64,000 bases of DNA from contig NZ_CP051527.1 of NCBI RefSeq assembly GCF_050916055.1, forward strand, positions 2,737,066 to 2,801,065. Direction: 5' to 3'. This document shows, piece by piece, positions 50,042-60,704 of this stretch. The stretch's first letter is position 1; each line of letters opens with the position of its first letter. Source of the DNA: Sphingopyxis sp. (GTDB lineage Bacteria > Pseudomonadota > Alphaproteobacteria > Sphingomonadales > Sphingomonadaceae). The notes below the pieces were generated by a model. It did no database searches. It was not told the origin of the DNA and saw only the letters and a program-made list of their open reading frames with translations. A program made the translations under genes and the position numbers.

Positions 50042-50419
50042 ATGCATCGACCCGTGAAACGCTGGCTTTCCTTCCTGCTCCTGTTCGGAGCCATGCTGGG
50101 CCTTCTCGCTCAGGAAGTCGCGTTCGCGTCGGCGCCTGCCATTGCCATGGCCGACACCGTGATCGCGGCGCCCGCCATGAGCGACGAATGCGCGGAAATG
50201 ATGAGGGTCGACAAATCCGACCCCGACAAACCGTGTCAGGGCCTGACACTCGACTGCATCGCGAAGATGGGCTGCGCCCTGCCGCTTGCGGTGGCCACGC
50301 CGGCGGCGTCGATCGCGACGTTCGACCACCGAGCGGGACCGGTCGACCAGCTCCCGATCACGCGACTTTTTGGTCGCACCCTCGGTCCCGAGCCCGAACC
50401 GCCTCTATTCCCCGGCTGA
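50042..50419 (+). CDS. Hypothetical Cys/Met-containing membrane-anchored protein (DUF2946-like)
   Basis: N-terminal TM, CAEMM...PCQG..LDCIAKMGC, C-terminal PEPEPP; leads the RND operon. Confidence 0.65.
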   Translation: MHRPVKRWLSFLLLFGAMLGLLAQEVAFASAPAIAMADTVIAAPAMSDECAEMMRVDKSDPDKPCQGLTLDCIAKMGCALPLAVATPAASIATFDHRAGPVDQLPITRLFGRTLGPEPEPPLFPG

Positions 50420-50485
50420 AACGCGCGATGCGCGGCGACTGGTTTCGCCGCCCATCCTCCTGCATTTCAACCGAGGATATTCACC

Positions 50486-50752
50486 ATGAAGATGATATTT
50501 GCGACGGCCGCAGCGCTTGCGGCTATCACCACGGCCCCGTCCTTCGCCCAGGAGGCGGCAGGCGGCCATTATGAATGGCAGTTCCGTCAGGTTCCTGGCC
50601 CGAACAAGTCGGGCATCGCGCCGCGCGAGCGCGTCTGGGTCAAAGACAAGACCGCACAGATGGCCAATTGCGACTGCGACATGATGAAGGCCGACGCGGC
50701 CGACTGCATGAAGGCCATGCACGGACTGCATTCATCACCCGCCAAGGGCTGA
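50486..50752 (+). CDS. Small secreted Cys/Met/His-rich protein
   Basis: GAGG RBS, signal peptide ending SFA, MANCDCDMMK..ADCMKAMH. Confidence 0.7.
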   Translation: MKMIFATAAALAAITTAPSFAQEAAGGHYEWQFRQVPGPNKSGIAPRERVWVKDKTAQMANCDCDMMKADAADCMKAMHGLHSSPAKG

Positions 50753-50761
50753 CGGTCCCGT

Positions 50762-50783
50762 CCCCCGGCCTGCGGGCCGGGGG
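50762..50783. other. Intercistronic GC hairpin (9-bp stem, TGCG loop)
   Basis: CCCCCGGCC-TGCG-GGCCGGGGG; no U tract, so not called a terminator. Confidence 0.45.
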
Positions 50784-50814
50784 GCATAAGCTCATCATCT
50801 CTCGAGGGGGACAT

Positions 50815-52044
50815 ATGCGCATATTCCTAGCAGCAGCGATGCTGATCCCGATATCGTCCGCGCTCCATGCCGAGCCGATGACGCTCGACGCCGCGGTCCG
50901 CCTGGCGGAGACGCAGGCGCCGGAACTGCGGGGACGCGAAGCGGGGATCGACGCGGCCGAGTCTTCGGCGATCGCGGCCGACCGGCTGCCCGATCCGAAA
51001 CTCGACCTTGCGATCAAGGATTTCCCGGTCACCGGTCCCGACGCGGGGCGATTCAATCGCGACGATTTCACGATGCAGGTCATCGGCATCAGTCAGGACT
51101 TTCCCAATCCCGCCAAGCGCCGGGCGCGCGCAACGCGCGCGCAAGCCGACATCGGGATTGCGCGGGCCGATGAAGCGGTCACCGCGCAGGACGTCCGGCT
51201 GGCGACCGCGCTCGCCTGGGTCGACCTCTTCTATGCGAAGAAGCGCCTGAAAGAACTCGACCTGCTCGATGCCGGTCTTGAAGATTTGCAAGCAACAGTC
51301 ACCGCGCGCCTTGCGAGCGGCGCGGCGCGTCCGGCGCAGGCGCTCGAACCCGAACAGCTGCGCGCCGCGGTCAGCGACCGCCGCAGCACCCTCGCCGCCG
51401 AGATCGCCCGCGCCCGCGCGCAGCTTGGGCGCTACACCGGCGACCGGGCCGCTGATACCGCGGGTGACCCGCCGCCGCCCATGGTCGATGCATCGCTTCT
51501 GCGCGCGCGCATCGACAGCTTGCCGCGGCTCCGCGCGCTCGACGCCCGCGCCCTCGCGGCCGATGCCGAGACCGGCCTCGCCCGTGCCGACAAGCGGCCC
51601 GACTGGAGCGTCAATGCGGCCTATGGGCGGCGCGAGCCCAATTATGGCGATCTTGTCACGCTCGGCGTCACCATCGACCTCCCCTTCTTCTCGAAGAAGC
51701 GGCAGGACCCCAAGATCGCGGCCCGCGCCAGCGAAGCGACGCGCGCGCGTCTCGACCGCGAGGCGGCCAAGCGCGACATCGCGGCGGCACTCGACGCTGA
51801 TCTGGCCGATCATCGCATGCATCACGAGCAGCTGGGCAATGCGCGGTCGCGGCTGGTGCCGCTCGCGAAGAAGCGCGCCGAACTCGACCTCGCGAGTTAC
51901 GCCGCCGGAAAACTCGATCTCGGAGCCGCGCTGCTGTCGACGCTCGCGTTGGCGGAAGCCGAAGTCGATGCGCTGGCGCGCGAAGCCGAGGTGGCGCGCG
52001 ACGCGATCCGGATCAATTATATCTATGGGGAGACGGGGCAATGA
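50815..52044 (+). CDS. TolC-family outer-membrane efflux protein (CusC-like)
   Basis: Signal peptide, LPDPKL, ISQDFP, TIDLPFF; first gene of the RND trio. Confidence 0.9.
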   Translation: MRIFLAAAMLIPISSALHAEPMTLDAAVRLAETQAPELRGREAGIDAAESSAIAADRLPDPKLDLAIKDFPVTGPDAGRFNRDDFTMQVIGISQDFPNPAKRRARATRAQADIGIARADEAVTAQDVRLATALAWVDLFYAKKRLKELDLLDAGLEDLQATVTARLASGAARPAQALEPEQLRAAVSDRRSTLAAEIARARAQLGRYTGDRAADTAGDPPPPMVDASLLRARIDSLPRLRALDARALAADAETGLARADKRPDWSVNAAYGRREPNYGDLVTLGVTIDLPFFSKKRQDPKIAARASEATRARLDREAAKRDIAAALDADLADHRMHHEQLGNARSRLVPLAKKRAELDLASYAAGKLDLGAALLSTLALAEAEVDALAREAEVARDAIRINYIYGETGQ

Positions 52045-53270
52045 CCGATGCAACTTCAGCGGCGCGGTGGCGCACCGGGATTTTGGCGGCTGTGCTGATT
52101 GCGGGCGGCGGCGGCTATTGGATCGGGCAGCGCGGCCAGGGCGAAGCGCCGACCGGAGCGACGAGCAACGCGCGCAAGATCCTCTATTACTACGACCCGA
52201 TGTTTCCGAACCAGAAGTTCGACAAGCCCGGCAAGTCGCCTTTCATGGATATGCAGCTCGAGCCCAAATATGCCGATGAAGGCGGCGGCGCCACGGCCCC
52301 CGGCATATCGGTCGACCCCGCGGCGCGGCAAAGCCTCGGAATAAGGGTGGTCGCGGCTGAAATGGGCAGTCTCGCTGCAACCTTCGACGTAAATGGCACG
52401 GTGGATTTCAACCAGCGTGACGTCGCGATCGTCCAGGCGCGCTCGGGCGGTTTCGTCGAACGCGTCTACCGGCTCGCGCCGGGCGACGTGATCCGCGCCG
52501 GTGCGCCGATCGCGGACCTGCAATTGCCCGAATGGGGCAGCGCGCAGACCGAATATCTGAGCGTCAAACGGCTCGGCAGACCCGACCTCACCGCTGCCGC
52601 CCGGCAGCGCCTTCGCCTGATGGGGATGCCCGAAGCGGTAATCGCGCAGGTCGATCGCAGCGGACGCACCAGCGGCACGGTGACGGTGCGCGCGCCGATC
52701 GGTGGCGTCGTCCAAACGCTGGGTGCGCGCGCCGGCGTGACCTTGGCCGAAGGCCAAACCCTCGCCGAAATCTCGGGCCTCGGAACGGTCTGGCTGAATG
52801 CCGCGCTCCCCGAAGCACAATCGGGCGCGGTGCAGGTCGGCCAGCGCGCGACCGCCAAGCTCACCGCCTTTCCGGGCGAGGCTTTCGGCGGCCGCGTCGT
52901 GGCCATTCTGCCAACGGCGGCAGCGGACAGCCGGACGCTGACCGTGCGCGTCGAGCTTGCCAACCGCGGCGGGCGCCTGCGCCCGGGCATGTTCGCGAGC
53001 GTCGCACTGGGCGGCGATGCGAGCCCCGCGCTGCTTGTGCCGAGCGAAGCGGTCATCCGCACCGGCACGCGCAGCATCGTCATGCTCGAGACGGGCGACG
53101 GGCGCTATCATCCTGCCGAAGTCCAGACCGGGCGCGAGGGCGGCGGCAAGACCGAGATATTGCGCGGCCTTGTCGCGGGCGAGAAGGTCGTTGCCTCGGG
53201 TCAGTTCCTCCTCGATTCCGAAGCGAGCCTGACCGGCATCGCCGTCCGGCCGCTGGAGGATGCGAAATGA
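52041..53270 (+). CDS. cusB: RND periplasmic adaptor subunit
   Basis: YYDPMFP...[28 protein letters not shown]. Confidence 0.92.
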   Translation: MTDATSAARWRTGILAAVLIAGGGGYWIGQRGQGEAPTGATSNARKILYYYDPMFPNQKFDKPGKSPFMDMQLEPKYADEGGGATAPGISVDPAARQSLGIRVVAAEMGSLAATFDVNGTVDFNQRDVAIVQARSGGFVERVYRLAPGDVIRAGAPIADLQLPEWGSAQTEYLSVKRLGRPDLTAAARQRLRLMGMPEAVIAQVDRSGRTSGTVTVRAPIGGVVQTLGARAGVTLAEGQTLAEISGLGTVWLNAALPEAQSGAVQVGQRATAKLTAFPGEAFGGRVVAILPTAAADSRTLTVRVELANRGGRLRPGMFASVALGGDASPALLVPSEAVIRTGTRSIVMLETGDGRYHPAEVQTGREGGGKTEILRGLVAGEKVVASGQFLLDSEASLTGIAVRPLEDAK

Positions 53271-56200
53271 TCGAACGGATCATTCGCGCATCGGTGGCCG
53301 CGCGCGGGCTGGTCGTCGCGGCGGCGCTGATCCTGACGCTGATCGGGATCGCTGCCGTCCGCACCACGCCGGTCGACGCCCTCCCCGATCTTTCCGACGT
53401 CCAGGTCATCATCCGCACCACCTATCCCGGCCAGGCGCCGCGCATCGTCGAGGACCAGGTCACCTATCCGATCACGACGACGATGCTTTCGGTTCCCGGC
53501 GCACGCGTCGTGCGCGGCTACAGCTTCGTCGGCGACAGCTTCGTCTATGTCCTCTTCGAGGACGGCACCGACCTCTATTGGGCGCGCAGCCGGGTACTCG
53601 AATATCTGAGCCAGGTGCAGAGCCGCCTTCCCGAAGGGGCGAAGGCGTCGCTTGGCCCTGACGCCACCGGCGTCGGCTGGATCTATGAATATGCGCTTGT
53701 CGACAAGAGCGGGCGCCACGATCTCGCCGAGCTGCGCAGCCTGCAGGACTGGTTCCTGCGCTTCGAGCTCAAGGCGGTGCCCGGCGTCGCCGAGGTCGCG
53801 AGCATCGGCGGCATGGTGCGGCAATATCAGATCCTCGTCGAACCGCAGAAGCTCGCCGCGTTCGGGGTCACCGCGCAGGATGTGACCGACGCGCTCAAGC
53901 GCGCCAATCAGGAGAGCGGCGGCGGGACGGTCGAAATGGCCGAAGCGGAATATATCGTTCGCGCCGGCGGCTACCTCAAAAGTCTCGACGATTTTCGCGC
54001 CGTGCCGCTCCGCACCACAGCGGGCGGCATTCCGGTGACGATCGGTGATGTCGCGATCGTCCAGATCGGCCCCGACATGCGGCGCGGGATCGCCGAACTC
54101 AATGGCGAAGGCGAAGTCTCAGGCGGCGTGATCGTGATGCGGCAGGGCCAGAATGCCCGCGAGGTGATCGAGGGGGTGCGCGCCAAGCTCGCCGAGCTGA
54201 AGCGCGGCCTGCCGCCAGGTGTGGAGATCGTCACCACCTATGACCGGTCGGGCCTGATCGACCGCGCGGTCGACAACCTCACCTCGAAGCTCGTCGAGGA
54301 ATTCATCATCGTCGCGGTCGTCTGCGCACTGTTCCTGTGGCACGCGCGCTCGGCGCTGGTTGCGATCCTCACGCTGCCGCTCGGCATATTGATCGCCTTC
54401 ATCGTCATGCGATTCCAAGGTCTCAACGCCAACATCCTGTCGCTCGGCGGCATCGCGATCGCGGTCGGGGCGATGGTCGACGCGGCGGTCGTGATGATCG
54501 AAAATGCCCACAAGCATATCGAACATTGGGAAAGGGATCATCCCGGCGAGCAGCTCGCCGGGCAGGAGCGTTGGCGTGTCATCACCGACGCCGCCGCCGA
54601 GGTCGGGCCGGCTCTGTTCCTGAGCCTCCTCATCATCACCTTTTCCTTCCTGCCAATCTTCACGCTGCAGGGTCAGGAAGGGAAACTCTTCGGGCCGCTC
54701 GCCTTCACCAAGACCTATGCCATGGCGGCGGCGGCGATCCTGTCGATCACGCTCGTCCCGGTTCTCATGGGCTGGCTCATCCGCGGACGGATACCCAGCG
54801 AACAGGCCAATCCCGTCAATCGCTGGCTGACGCACGCCTATCGACCCGCGCTCGACTGGGTTCTCCGTCGTCCCGGAAGGGCGCTGGCCATCGCGGGACT
54901 GATCTTCGCGAGCAGCCTGTGGCCGCTGACCCAGCTCGGTGGCGAATTTATGCCGCAGCTCGACGAGGGCGATCTCCTCTACATGCCCTCGGCGCTTCCC
55001 GGCATCTCGGCCGCCAAGGCGTCGAGCCTGCTCCAGCAGACCGACCGACTCATCAAGACCGTGCCCGAGGTCGAGAGCGTCTTCGGCAAGGCCGGACGCG
55101 CGGACACCGCGACCGATCCCGCCCCGCTCGAGATGTTCGAGACGACGATCCGCTTCAAGCCGCGCGATCAATGGCGCCCGGGCATGACGCCCGACAAGCT
55201 GGTCGCCGAGCTGGATGCGCGCGTGAAGGTCCCCGGCCTCGCCAATTTCTGGATCCCGCCGATCCGCAACCGCATCGACATGCTGGCGACCGGGATCAAG
55301 AGCCCGGTCGGCATCAAGGTCGCGGGATCGGACGTCGCCGAGATCGACCGCACCGCGAAGCGGATCGAGGAGGTCGTCCGCAAGGTCCCGGGCGTCGCCT
55401 CGGCGCTCGCCGAGCGGCTGACCGGCGGGCGCTATATCGACGTCGACATCGATCGCGCCGCCGCCGCGCGTTACGGTCTCAATGTCGCCGATGTGCAATC
55501 CATCGTCGGCGGCGTCATCGGCGGCGAGACGATCGGGCAGACCGTCGAGGGGCTTGCGCGCTATCCGATCAGCGTGCGCTATCCGCGCGAGCTCCGCGAC
55601 AGCCTCGGCAAGCTGGAGACTCTTCCCATACTCACGCCATCGCGCCAGCAGATCACCCTCGGCACCGTGGCAAGAGTGCGGATCAGCGACGGCCCTCCGA
55701 TGCTTCGCAGCGAGAATGCGCGGCCAGTGACCTGGATCTATGTCGATGGCCGCGACCGCGACCTCCAGACATTGGTGCGCGATATCCAGCAGGCGGTCGC
55801 GCGCGATGTCGAATTGCCGCCGGGCATCAGCATCTCCTACACGGGCCAGTTCGAATTCCTCGTCCGTGCGACCGAGCGGATGAAGATCGTCATACCCGTC
55901 ACGCTCGCGATCATCCTCGTCCTGCTTTACCTGACCTTCCGGCGCTGGGACGAGGCGCTGCTTATCATGGCGACCCTGCCCTTCGCGCTCACCGGCGGCC
56001 TCTGGCTGCTCTATCTGCTCGGCTACAACCAGTCGGTCGCGAGCGCAGTCGGGTTCATCGCGCTCGCGGGGGTTGCCGCCGAGTTCGGCGTCGTGATGCT
56101 CATCTATCTGAAGCAGGCGCTCGCGGCGCGCGGCGACGGTTCGATCGAGGCGGCGGTCCGCGACGGAGCCTTGCTCCGGGTCCGCCCCAAGGCGATGACC

Positions 56201-56401
56201 GTCGCGGTCATCCTGGCGGGGCTGTTCCCGATCCTCGTTGGAACGGGCACCGGATCCGAAGTGATGAGCCGGATCGCCGCACCGATGATCGGCGGGATGA
56301 TCACCGCGCCGCTGCTCTCGATGTTCATCATCCCCGCCGCCTATCTGTTGATGCGCCGGCGCTGGCCCGATCCACAACCGTTGGAAACCCCGAAGACGTG
56401 A
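53267..56401 (+). CDS. cusA: CusA/CzcA-family heavy-metal RND permease (Cu/Ag type)
   Basis: [63 protein letters not shown]. Real start at 53267. Confidence 0.96.
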   Translation: MIERIIRASVAARGLVVAAALILTLIGIAAVRTTPVDALPDLSDVQVIIRTTYPGQAPRIVEDQVTYPITTTMLSVPGARVVRGYSFVGDSFVYVLFEDGTDLYWARSRVLEYLSQVQSRLPEGAKASLGPDATGVGWIYEYALVDKSGRHDLAELRSLQDWFLRFELKAVPGVAEVASIGGMVRQYQILVEPQKLAAFGVTAQDVTDALKRANQESGGGTVEMAEAEYIVRAGGYLKSLDDFRAVPLRTTAGGIPVTIGDVAIVQIGPDMRRGIAELNGEGEVSGGVIVMRQGQNAREVIEGVRAKLAELKRGLPPGVEIVTTYDRSGLIDRAVDNLTSKLVEEFIIVAVVCALFLWHARSALVAILTLPLGILIAFIVMRFQGLNANILSLGGIAIAVGAMVDAAVVMIENAHKHIEHWERDHPGEQLAGQERWRVITDAAAEVGPALFLSLLIITFSFLPIFTLQGQEGKLFGPLAFTKTYAMAAAAILSITLVPVLMGWLIRGRIPSEQANPVNRWLTHAYRPALDWVLRRPGRALAIAGLIFASSLWPLTQLGGEFMPQLDEGDLLYMPSALPGISAAKASSLLQQTDRLIKTVPEVESVFGKAGRADTATDPAPLEMFETTIRFKPRDQWRPGMTPDKLVAELDARVKVPGLANFWIPPIRNRIDMLATGIKSPVGIKVAGSDVAEIDRTAKRIEEVVRKVPGVASALAERLTGGRYIDVDIDRAAAARYGLNVADVQSIVGGVIGGETIGQTVEGLARYPISVRYPRELRDSLGKLETLPILTPSRQQITLGTVARVRISDGPPMLRSENARPVTWIYVDGRDRDLQTLVRDIQQAVARDVELPPGISISYTGQFEFLVRATERMKIVIPVTLAIILVLLYLTFRRWDEALLIMATLPFALTGGLWLLYLLGYNQSVASAVGFIALAGVAAEFGVVMLIYLKQALAARGDGSIEAAVRDGALLRVRPKAMTVAVILAGLFPILVGTGTGSEVMSRIAAPMIGGMITAPLLSMFIIPAAYLLMRRRWPDPQPLETPKT

Positions 56402-56402
56402 C

Positions 56403-56786
56403 ATGAAAACAAGGAGAATGAATATGAAATCGATGCGCATTTTGACTGGCAGCATGGTGCTACTGATCGCCGTTTCGGCCTGTAGCCCCGAGGCCGACAA
56501 GCAGACCACCACCGCTCCCAAGGAAGCGGCCGGTGACACAGCACCTTCCGAAGTGCAGCATGGCAAAGGCGAAGGCAAGATCACCGCGATCGACGAAGCC
56601 AAGGGCACAGTCACGCTCGATCATGGCGAAATCGCTGCCCTGAAATGGCCGCCGATGACAATGGGGTTCGAAGCTTCGGCGGATTTGCTCAAAGGCCTGA
56701 AGGTCGGCGACCGGGTCGCATTCGACCTCGACTGGGACGGGGCTAAGGGCCGCATCACGCGGATCGAAGCGCTTCCTGCCTCCTGA
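56403..56786 (+). CDS. cusF: CusF-like periplasmic copper-binding protein (lipoprotein)
   Basis: VTLDHGEI..LKWPPMTMGF; lipobox SAC. Start at 56403 or 56424. Confidence 0.88.
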   Translation: MKTRRMNMKSMRILTGSMVLLIAVSACSPEADKQTTTAPKEAAGDTAPSEVQHGKGEGKITAIDEAKGTVTLDHGEIAALKWPPMTMGFEASADLLKGLKVGDRVAFDLDWDGAKGRITRIEALPAS

Positions 56787-56818
56787 TCGCGGTTGCGGCC
56801 CGGGCTTCGCGTAGCGCG

Positions 56819-57226
56819 TCAGCCTCGCGCTGCGCTGCGCATCGGCTCGAGGGTTTGAATGATCTTGCAGTCGCCGACCTTTCCCAAGCGGCAGCCGCCG
56901 ATGACGCGCGCAAGTTCGTCGCGCATCTGGGAGAGGTCGGCGATCTTGCGCTCGATCGTCGCGAGATGGCTGCTAGCGACCGCATCGACGGCGCCGCAGG
57001 GCTGGTCGCGGTCATCGGCGAGCGCGAGAAGCTCACGAACCTCGTCCAATGAAAAACCGAGGTCGCGCGCGCGCCGGATGAAGGACAGCCGCAACAGCTC
57101 GTCGGTTCCATAGGAGCGATAATTGCCGTCCGTCCGTGCCGGCGGCGCCAGCAGGCCCGCTCCCTCATAATATCGGATGGTCTCGACCTTCGTGTCGGTC
57201 GCACGCGCCAGTTCGCCGATTTTCAT
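56819..57226 (-). CDS. MerR-family regulator, CadR/PbrR-like (three Cys)
   Basis: MKIGELA...ETIRYYE, QPCGAV, GGCRLG..GDCKII. Confidence 0.92.
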   Translation of the reverse strand: MKIGELARATDTKVETIRYYEGAGLLAPPARTDGNYRSYGTDELLRLSFIRRARDLGFSLDEVRELLALADDRDQPCGAVDAVASSHLATIERKIADLSQMRDELARVIGGCRLGKVGDCKIIQTLEPMRSAARG

Positions 57227-57229
57227 CGC

Positions 57230-57260
57230 TTGACCCTATAGTTGCTAGAGGGTGCATATA
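57230..57260 (+). promoter_or_regulatory. MerR-type promoter/operator for the CDF transporter
   Basis: TTGACC-19 bp-CATATA with dyad ACCCT...AGGGT. Confidence 0.8.
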
Positions 57261-57294
57261 GCTGTCCGACTCGCAACGGCAAAGGACGGACGAC

Positions 57295-57933
57295 ATGAGC
57301 GATTGTGGCTGCGAAGCCGACGAAAAGCGCGCGGGCGTCGATCCCGCCTACCGGCGCGCGCTCTGGATCGTCGTCATCCTCAACCTCGGCTTCGGCGTCA
57401 TCGAACTAGCGGGCGGCTTCCTCGCGCGGTCGCAGGCACTCAAGGCCGACTCGCTCGATTTCATCGGCGACGGGTCGATCACTCTCATCGGGCTGATCGC
57501 GCTCGGTTGGACAGCGGTGGCGCGCAGCCGAACGGCGCTCGTCCAGGGTTGTTTTCTCGCACTTCTCGGCCTCGGCGTTATTGCATCAGCGATCTGGCGG
57601 TCTTTCCACGCCATCCCCCCCGAGGCGGACCTCATGGGCGGCATTGGTGTGGTCGCGTTGCTCGTCAACATCTCGGCGGCGCTGGTGCTCAGCCGCTTCC
57701 GCAACGAAGGCGATGCGACCGCGCGCGCGATCTGGCTGTTTTCAAGAAACGATGCCCTCGCCAATGTTGCGGTTATTGTCGCCGCGGGTCTCGTTGCCGT
57801 GACGGGCGAAGCCTGGCCTGACCTTCTGGTCGCCGGTGTCATCGCGCTGCTCTTCCTCCATTCGGCCTATGATATCATCCGGGACGCGCTTGGTGAGATT
57901 TCTTCGCACAAGCCGGGACAGACCGCACAGTAG
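57295..57933 (+). CDS. CDF-family cation transporter (Co/Zn/Cd type)
   Basis: N-terminal CGC, ALKADSLDF.GD, SRNDALAN, WPDLLVA. Confidence 0.9.
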   Translation: MSDCGCEADEKRAGVDPAYRRALWIVVILNLGFGVIELAGGFLARSQALKADSLDFIGDGSITLIGLIALGWTAVARSRTALVQGCFLALLGLGVIASAIWRSFHAIPPEADLMGGIGVVALLVNISAALVLSRFRNEGDATARAIWLFSRNDALANVAVIVAAGLVAVTGEAWPDLLVAGVIALLFLHSAYDIIRDALGEISSHKPGQTAQ

Positions 57934-57994
57934 CGGAGGACGGAAACCCGCCCTTTTCCATGCCTGCAATCACGCGGTTTCTTGCGGGGCGCCG

Positions 57995-59917
57995 CTAGGC
58001 CGCGTGCGGCGCCCTCGCCCGGTTGAACCAGAAACCCGCGGCCAGGACGATCGCGGCCGCCAATTGTGCGAGAAGCGTCTGAACCGTCGGGTACACCCCC
58101 AGTAGCGGGAATCGCGGAAACTCTGCCAGCGGCGTGACGCCGAGCAGGCCCGCTTCCTGCAGCCCGCCGATGCCCTTGCCGGCCAGGACGATCGCCAGCA
58201 CTGCGATCAGGGCCGCACTCCATGAGAAGAATTGCGTGATCGGCAAGCGCGCGCTGAAGCGCAGCATGGCCCACGCAATCAAGCCCAGCAGAATGGCCGC
58301 CGTCGCCGCTCCTGCGAGCATGGCACCGCCATTTCCCTGCGCCCATATGGCGGCGTAAAAGAGGATGGTCTCGAAGACCTCGCGATAGACAACGAGGAAG
58401 GTTAGACCGAAGAGGAACCACGCCGACCGGCGCGACAGGGCAGCGGAGATCTTCTCCTTGATATAACGCTGCCAGGCCTCGGCATTGCTTTTGCCGTGCA
58501 TCCAGATACCGACCGAGATCAGGATGATCGCGGCGAAGAGCGAGCCAAAGCCTTCGGTGAGTTCGCGCGATGCCCCGCTGATTCCGATGAAATAGGTGGC
58601 GACGAACCAGGTCGCCGCGCCCGCTGCAAGCGCCGACACCCAGCCGCCATGGACATAGCCCATCACGTCGGTTCGCCCGGTTTTGCGAAGAAAAGCCATC
58701 ATGGCGATGACGATCAGCAGCGCCTCAAGGCCTTCGCGTAGCAGGACTCCGAATGCGCCGAGAAAGCTCGACGAGGCGCTTGCCTGTTCGGGCGCGAGGG
58801 CCGCCTCGGCTTCGACGAACAGGCGGGCCACTTCGGCATTCGCCGCCTTCACCTCCGCGAGCGTGCGACCCTTTCCTATCGCCGAGCGCAAATTCCCCAT
58901 CGCCATCTCGATCTTCGCCATGAGGTCAGGATCGCGGGCCGCAAGCACCGGCTCGACGGGCTCGAAACCATCGAGATAGGCGGATAGTGCCAAGTCGGAC
59001 GCGGCGCCACGGTCGCCGGCCGCATAGGCTTTGAGGCTCGCGTCGAGGCGCTGGCGCGAGAGCATCAGCGAGCCGGCCGGTTTCGCAACGACGGCTTCGG
59101 GCTGGCGGCGCAGATATGAAGTCAGCGGCCCGGCCTTGCCGTCGCCCAGTTCACGGGCGATATCCGCGGGAGTCTTGCCGACGAGAGTCGCAAGATCGGG
59201 GATGGCGGCACGAACGCGCGCGTCCTTTTCCCACGTCTGTCGGCCCTGCGATTGCGACGATTCCGGAAACGCGAGGCTTCCGACGTAAAAGGACAGGGCC
59301 CAGCGGTCGCTGTCGGGGAGGGCTTCGAAGCTCGCCATCGACGTCCCCTCGAGCCCCTGCGAAATCACCTGATAGAGCGCGAACAGGCTGCGTTCGCGTG
59401 CGCGCGCCGCGTCGGTGAAGGCGATCGGGGGCGGATCGAGACCCGCGGCGCCCGGGCCGTTTCCGGCGCCGGTCGCGCCGTGACACATGGCGCAGTTTTC
59501 CGCATAGAGCTTCGCGCCGCGCGCCAGGTCGGGAGCCGAGCGCGGCGCGAGCGGAACGGGATAGCTTGCAAGCAAGGCCCCGGCGAGCTGCCGCGACTGC
59601 ACCTCGATGGTCGCCGGTGCGGATTTCGCTGCGATCGATTGGCGCAAGGTTGCGGCTTGGGCCACCAAATTTGGCTTGGCGGTCTTCTGCGGCAGGCGTT
59701 TCAAGCGCGTTTCGACCTGCGCTGCGAATTCGGTCATCTCGGCATATTCCGCCGGACTGACGACCTTGCCGCCGGACACCGCACCCGGATAATCCACCGC
59801 GACATAGTCAAGCAGCCGCCAAATGGTCTGAACCTCTGGCTCGCTCGCGCGCGCTGGCTGGAGAGCGACCAGCGTCATCAGCAGGAAAGCAAGCGCCCCC
59901 CTGCCCAGGGCACGCAT
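57995..59917 (-). CDS. Cytochrome c / FTR1 iron permease fusion (PbrT-like)
   Basis: LLDYVAVDY, CAMCHG heme motif, LLREGLEALL and YREVFETILF RExxE motifs. Start inferred. Confidence 0.92.
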   Translation of the reverse strand: MRALGRGALAFLLMTLVALQPARASEPEVQTIWRLLDYVAVDYPGAVSGGKVVSPAEYAEMTEFAAQVETRLKRLPQKTAKPNLVAQAATLRQSIAAKSAPATIEVQSRQLAGALLASYPVPLAPRSAPDLARGAKLYAENCAMCHGATGAGNGPGAAGLDPPPIAFTDAARARERSLFALYQVISQGLEGTSMASFEALPDSDRWALSFYVGSLAFPESSQSQGRQTWEKDARVRAAIPDLATLVGKTPADIARELGDGKAGPLTSYLRRQPEAVVAKPAGSLMLSRQRLDASLKAYAAGDRGAASDLALSAYLDGFEPVEPVLAARDPDLMAKIEMAMGNLRSAIGKGRTLAEVKAANAEVARLFVEAEAALAPEQASASSSFLGAFGVLLREGLEALLIVIAMMAFLRKTGRTDVMGYVHGGWVSALAAGAATWFVATYFIGISGASRELTEGFGSLFAAIILISVGIWMHGKSNAEAWQRYIKEKISAALSRRSAWFLFGLTFLVVYREVFETILFYAAIWAQGNGGAMLAGAATAAILLGLIAWAMLRFSARLPITQFFSWSAALIAVLAIVLAGKGIGGLQEAGLLGVTPLAEFPRFPLLGVYPTVQTLLAQLAAAIVLAAGFWFNRARAPHAA

Positions 59918-59966
59918 CAACGCGAAGGAAACGCTTTTGGAGAAAATCGCCACGCCAGCTGCCTTT

Positions 59967-59985
59967 ATTGAGAATGACTTGCATT
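59967..59985. promoter_or_regulatory. Fur-like box upstream of the FTR1 gene
   Basis: ATTGAGAATGACTTGCATT, 19 bp, resembles alphaproteobacterial Fur sites. Confidence 0.6.
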
Positions 59986-60053
59986 GACCGATCGGAGCGT
60001 GGCTATCAACCGGAAATCGGCGCTTGGCAATCGGCAAGCTGCCATCGACAGTC

Positions 60054-60278
60054 TCACCCGCAGCAGGTTTTGTCGCCGCTCTCCTGAATCGGCGGGCAAG
60101 GGATATCGCCGTAGGAACAATAGACGCAGCAGTCGCCAGGCTTGGGCTTGAGAACCGCACCGCAGCCGCGGCAATCGTAGAAATATTGGCACGCGTTGGT
60201 CGGCATGGTCTCGGTCGACTGGTGACCGCATTTCGGACAAGTCAGGGTCGAAAGCAGTTGGATCGCCGCGTCAGACAT
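60054..60278 (-). CDS. GDCCVxC-domain protein (11 Cys in 74 aa)
   Basis: TCPKCGH...MPTNAC..FYDC..CG..LKPKPGDCCVYCSYG..PCPP.Q. Confidence 0.92.
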   Translation of the reverse strand: MSDAAIQLLSTLTCPKCGHQSTETMPTNACQYFYDCRGCGAVLKPKPGDCCVYCSYGDIPCPPIQESGDKTCCG

Positions 60279-60630
60279 AGGTGTAACCCGCCCAAAGCAG
60301 CGCCGCGCCGAGAAGCAGGCCAAAAAATGTGAGAATGCGCATCCAGCGCGGCGTGCACAGGCCGCCGGGGCCGCAGCGCGCGGCAATTAGCTGCTGCCGC
60401 GTCAGCAACATGGCACCGACAATGAGGCACAAGGCGCCGATGACGAGCAAGGGCGTTCGATATGGAGCCGCCACGATGGCCACGCCGCCAAGCCACGCCG
60501 CACCGATGCCGACCGACGCGAAGAGAAAAGGCAGCGCGCAACAGGCAGCTACGCCGAACGCGGCGGCGAGACCCGCCAGAGTTACGGTGGCGGTAGCGAT
60601 CCCCTTGGGCTGATTTGGCGGGTCGATCAT
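60271..60630 (-). CDS. MerT-family transporter
   Basis: AACCALP, PYR, CGPGGLC; three TM helices. Confidence 0.85.
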   Translation of the reverse strand: MIDPPNQPKGIATATVTLAGLAAAFGVAACCALPFLFASVGIGAAWLGGVAIVAAPYRTPLLVIGALCLIVGAMLLTRQQLIAARCGPGGLCTPRWMRILTFFGLLLGAALLWAGYTYV

Positions 60631-60659
60631 GGGAGACTCCTTGCGAGGGGCATCGGAGC

Positions 60660-60690
60660 GCTCTACCATCTGTAGTAACTATAGATTCAA
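60660..60690 (-). promoter_or_regulatory. MerR-type promoter/operator for merT-like + GDCCVxC
   Basis: Minus strand TTGAAT-19 bp-TAGAGC with dyad ATCTATAGT-TA-CTACAGAT. Confidence 0.78.
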
Positions 60691-60704
60691 GAGGTATTTT
60701 TGCG

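Noticed and set aside
52532-53266. 1289-aa fused CusA as given in the ORF track
   Set aside because: The extension overlaps cusB out of frame and is Arg/Pro-rich junk; the true start is the ATGA overlap at 53267.
60006-60056. Selenocysteine read-through of the TGA ending the GDCCVxC gene
   Set aside because: All motif positions are already Cys, the TGA is at the natural C-terminus, and no convincing SECIS hairpin was seen.
59918-60160. Extended N-terminus of the FTR1 protein
   Set aside because: Overlaps the GDCCVxC gene and the Fur-like box; a signal-peptide-like start at ~59917 fits better.
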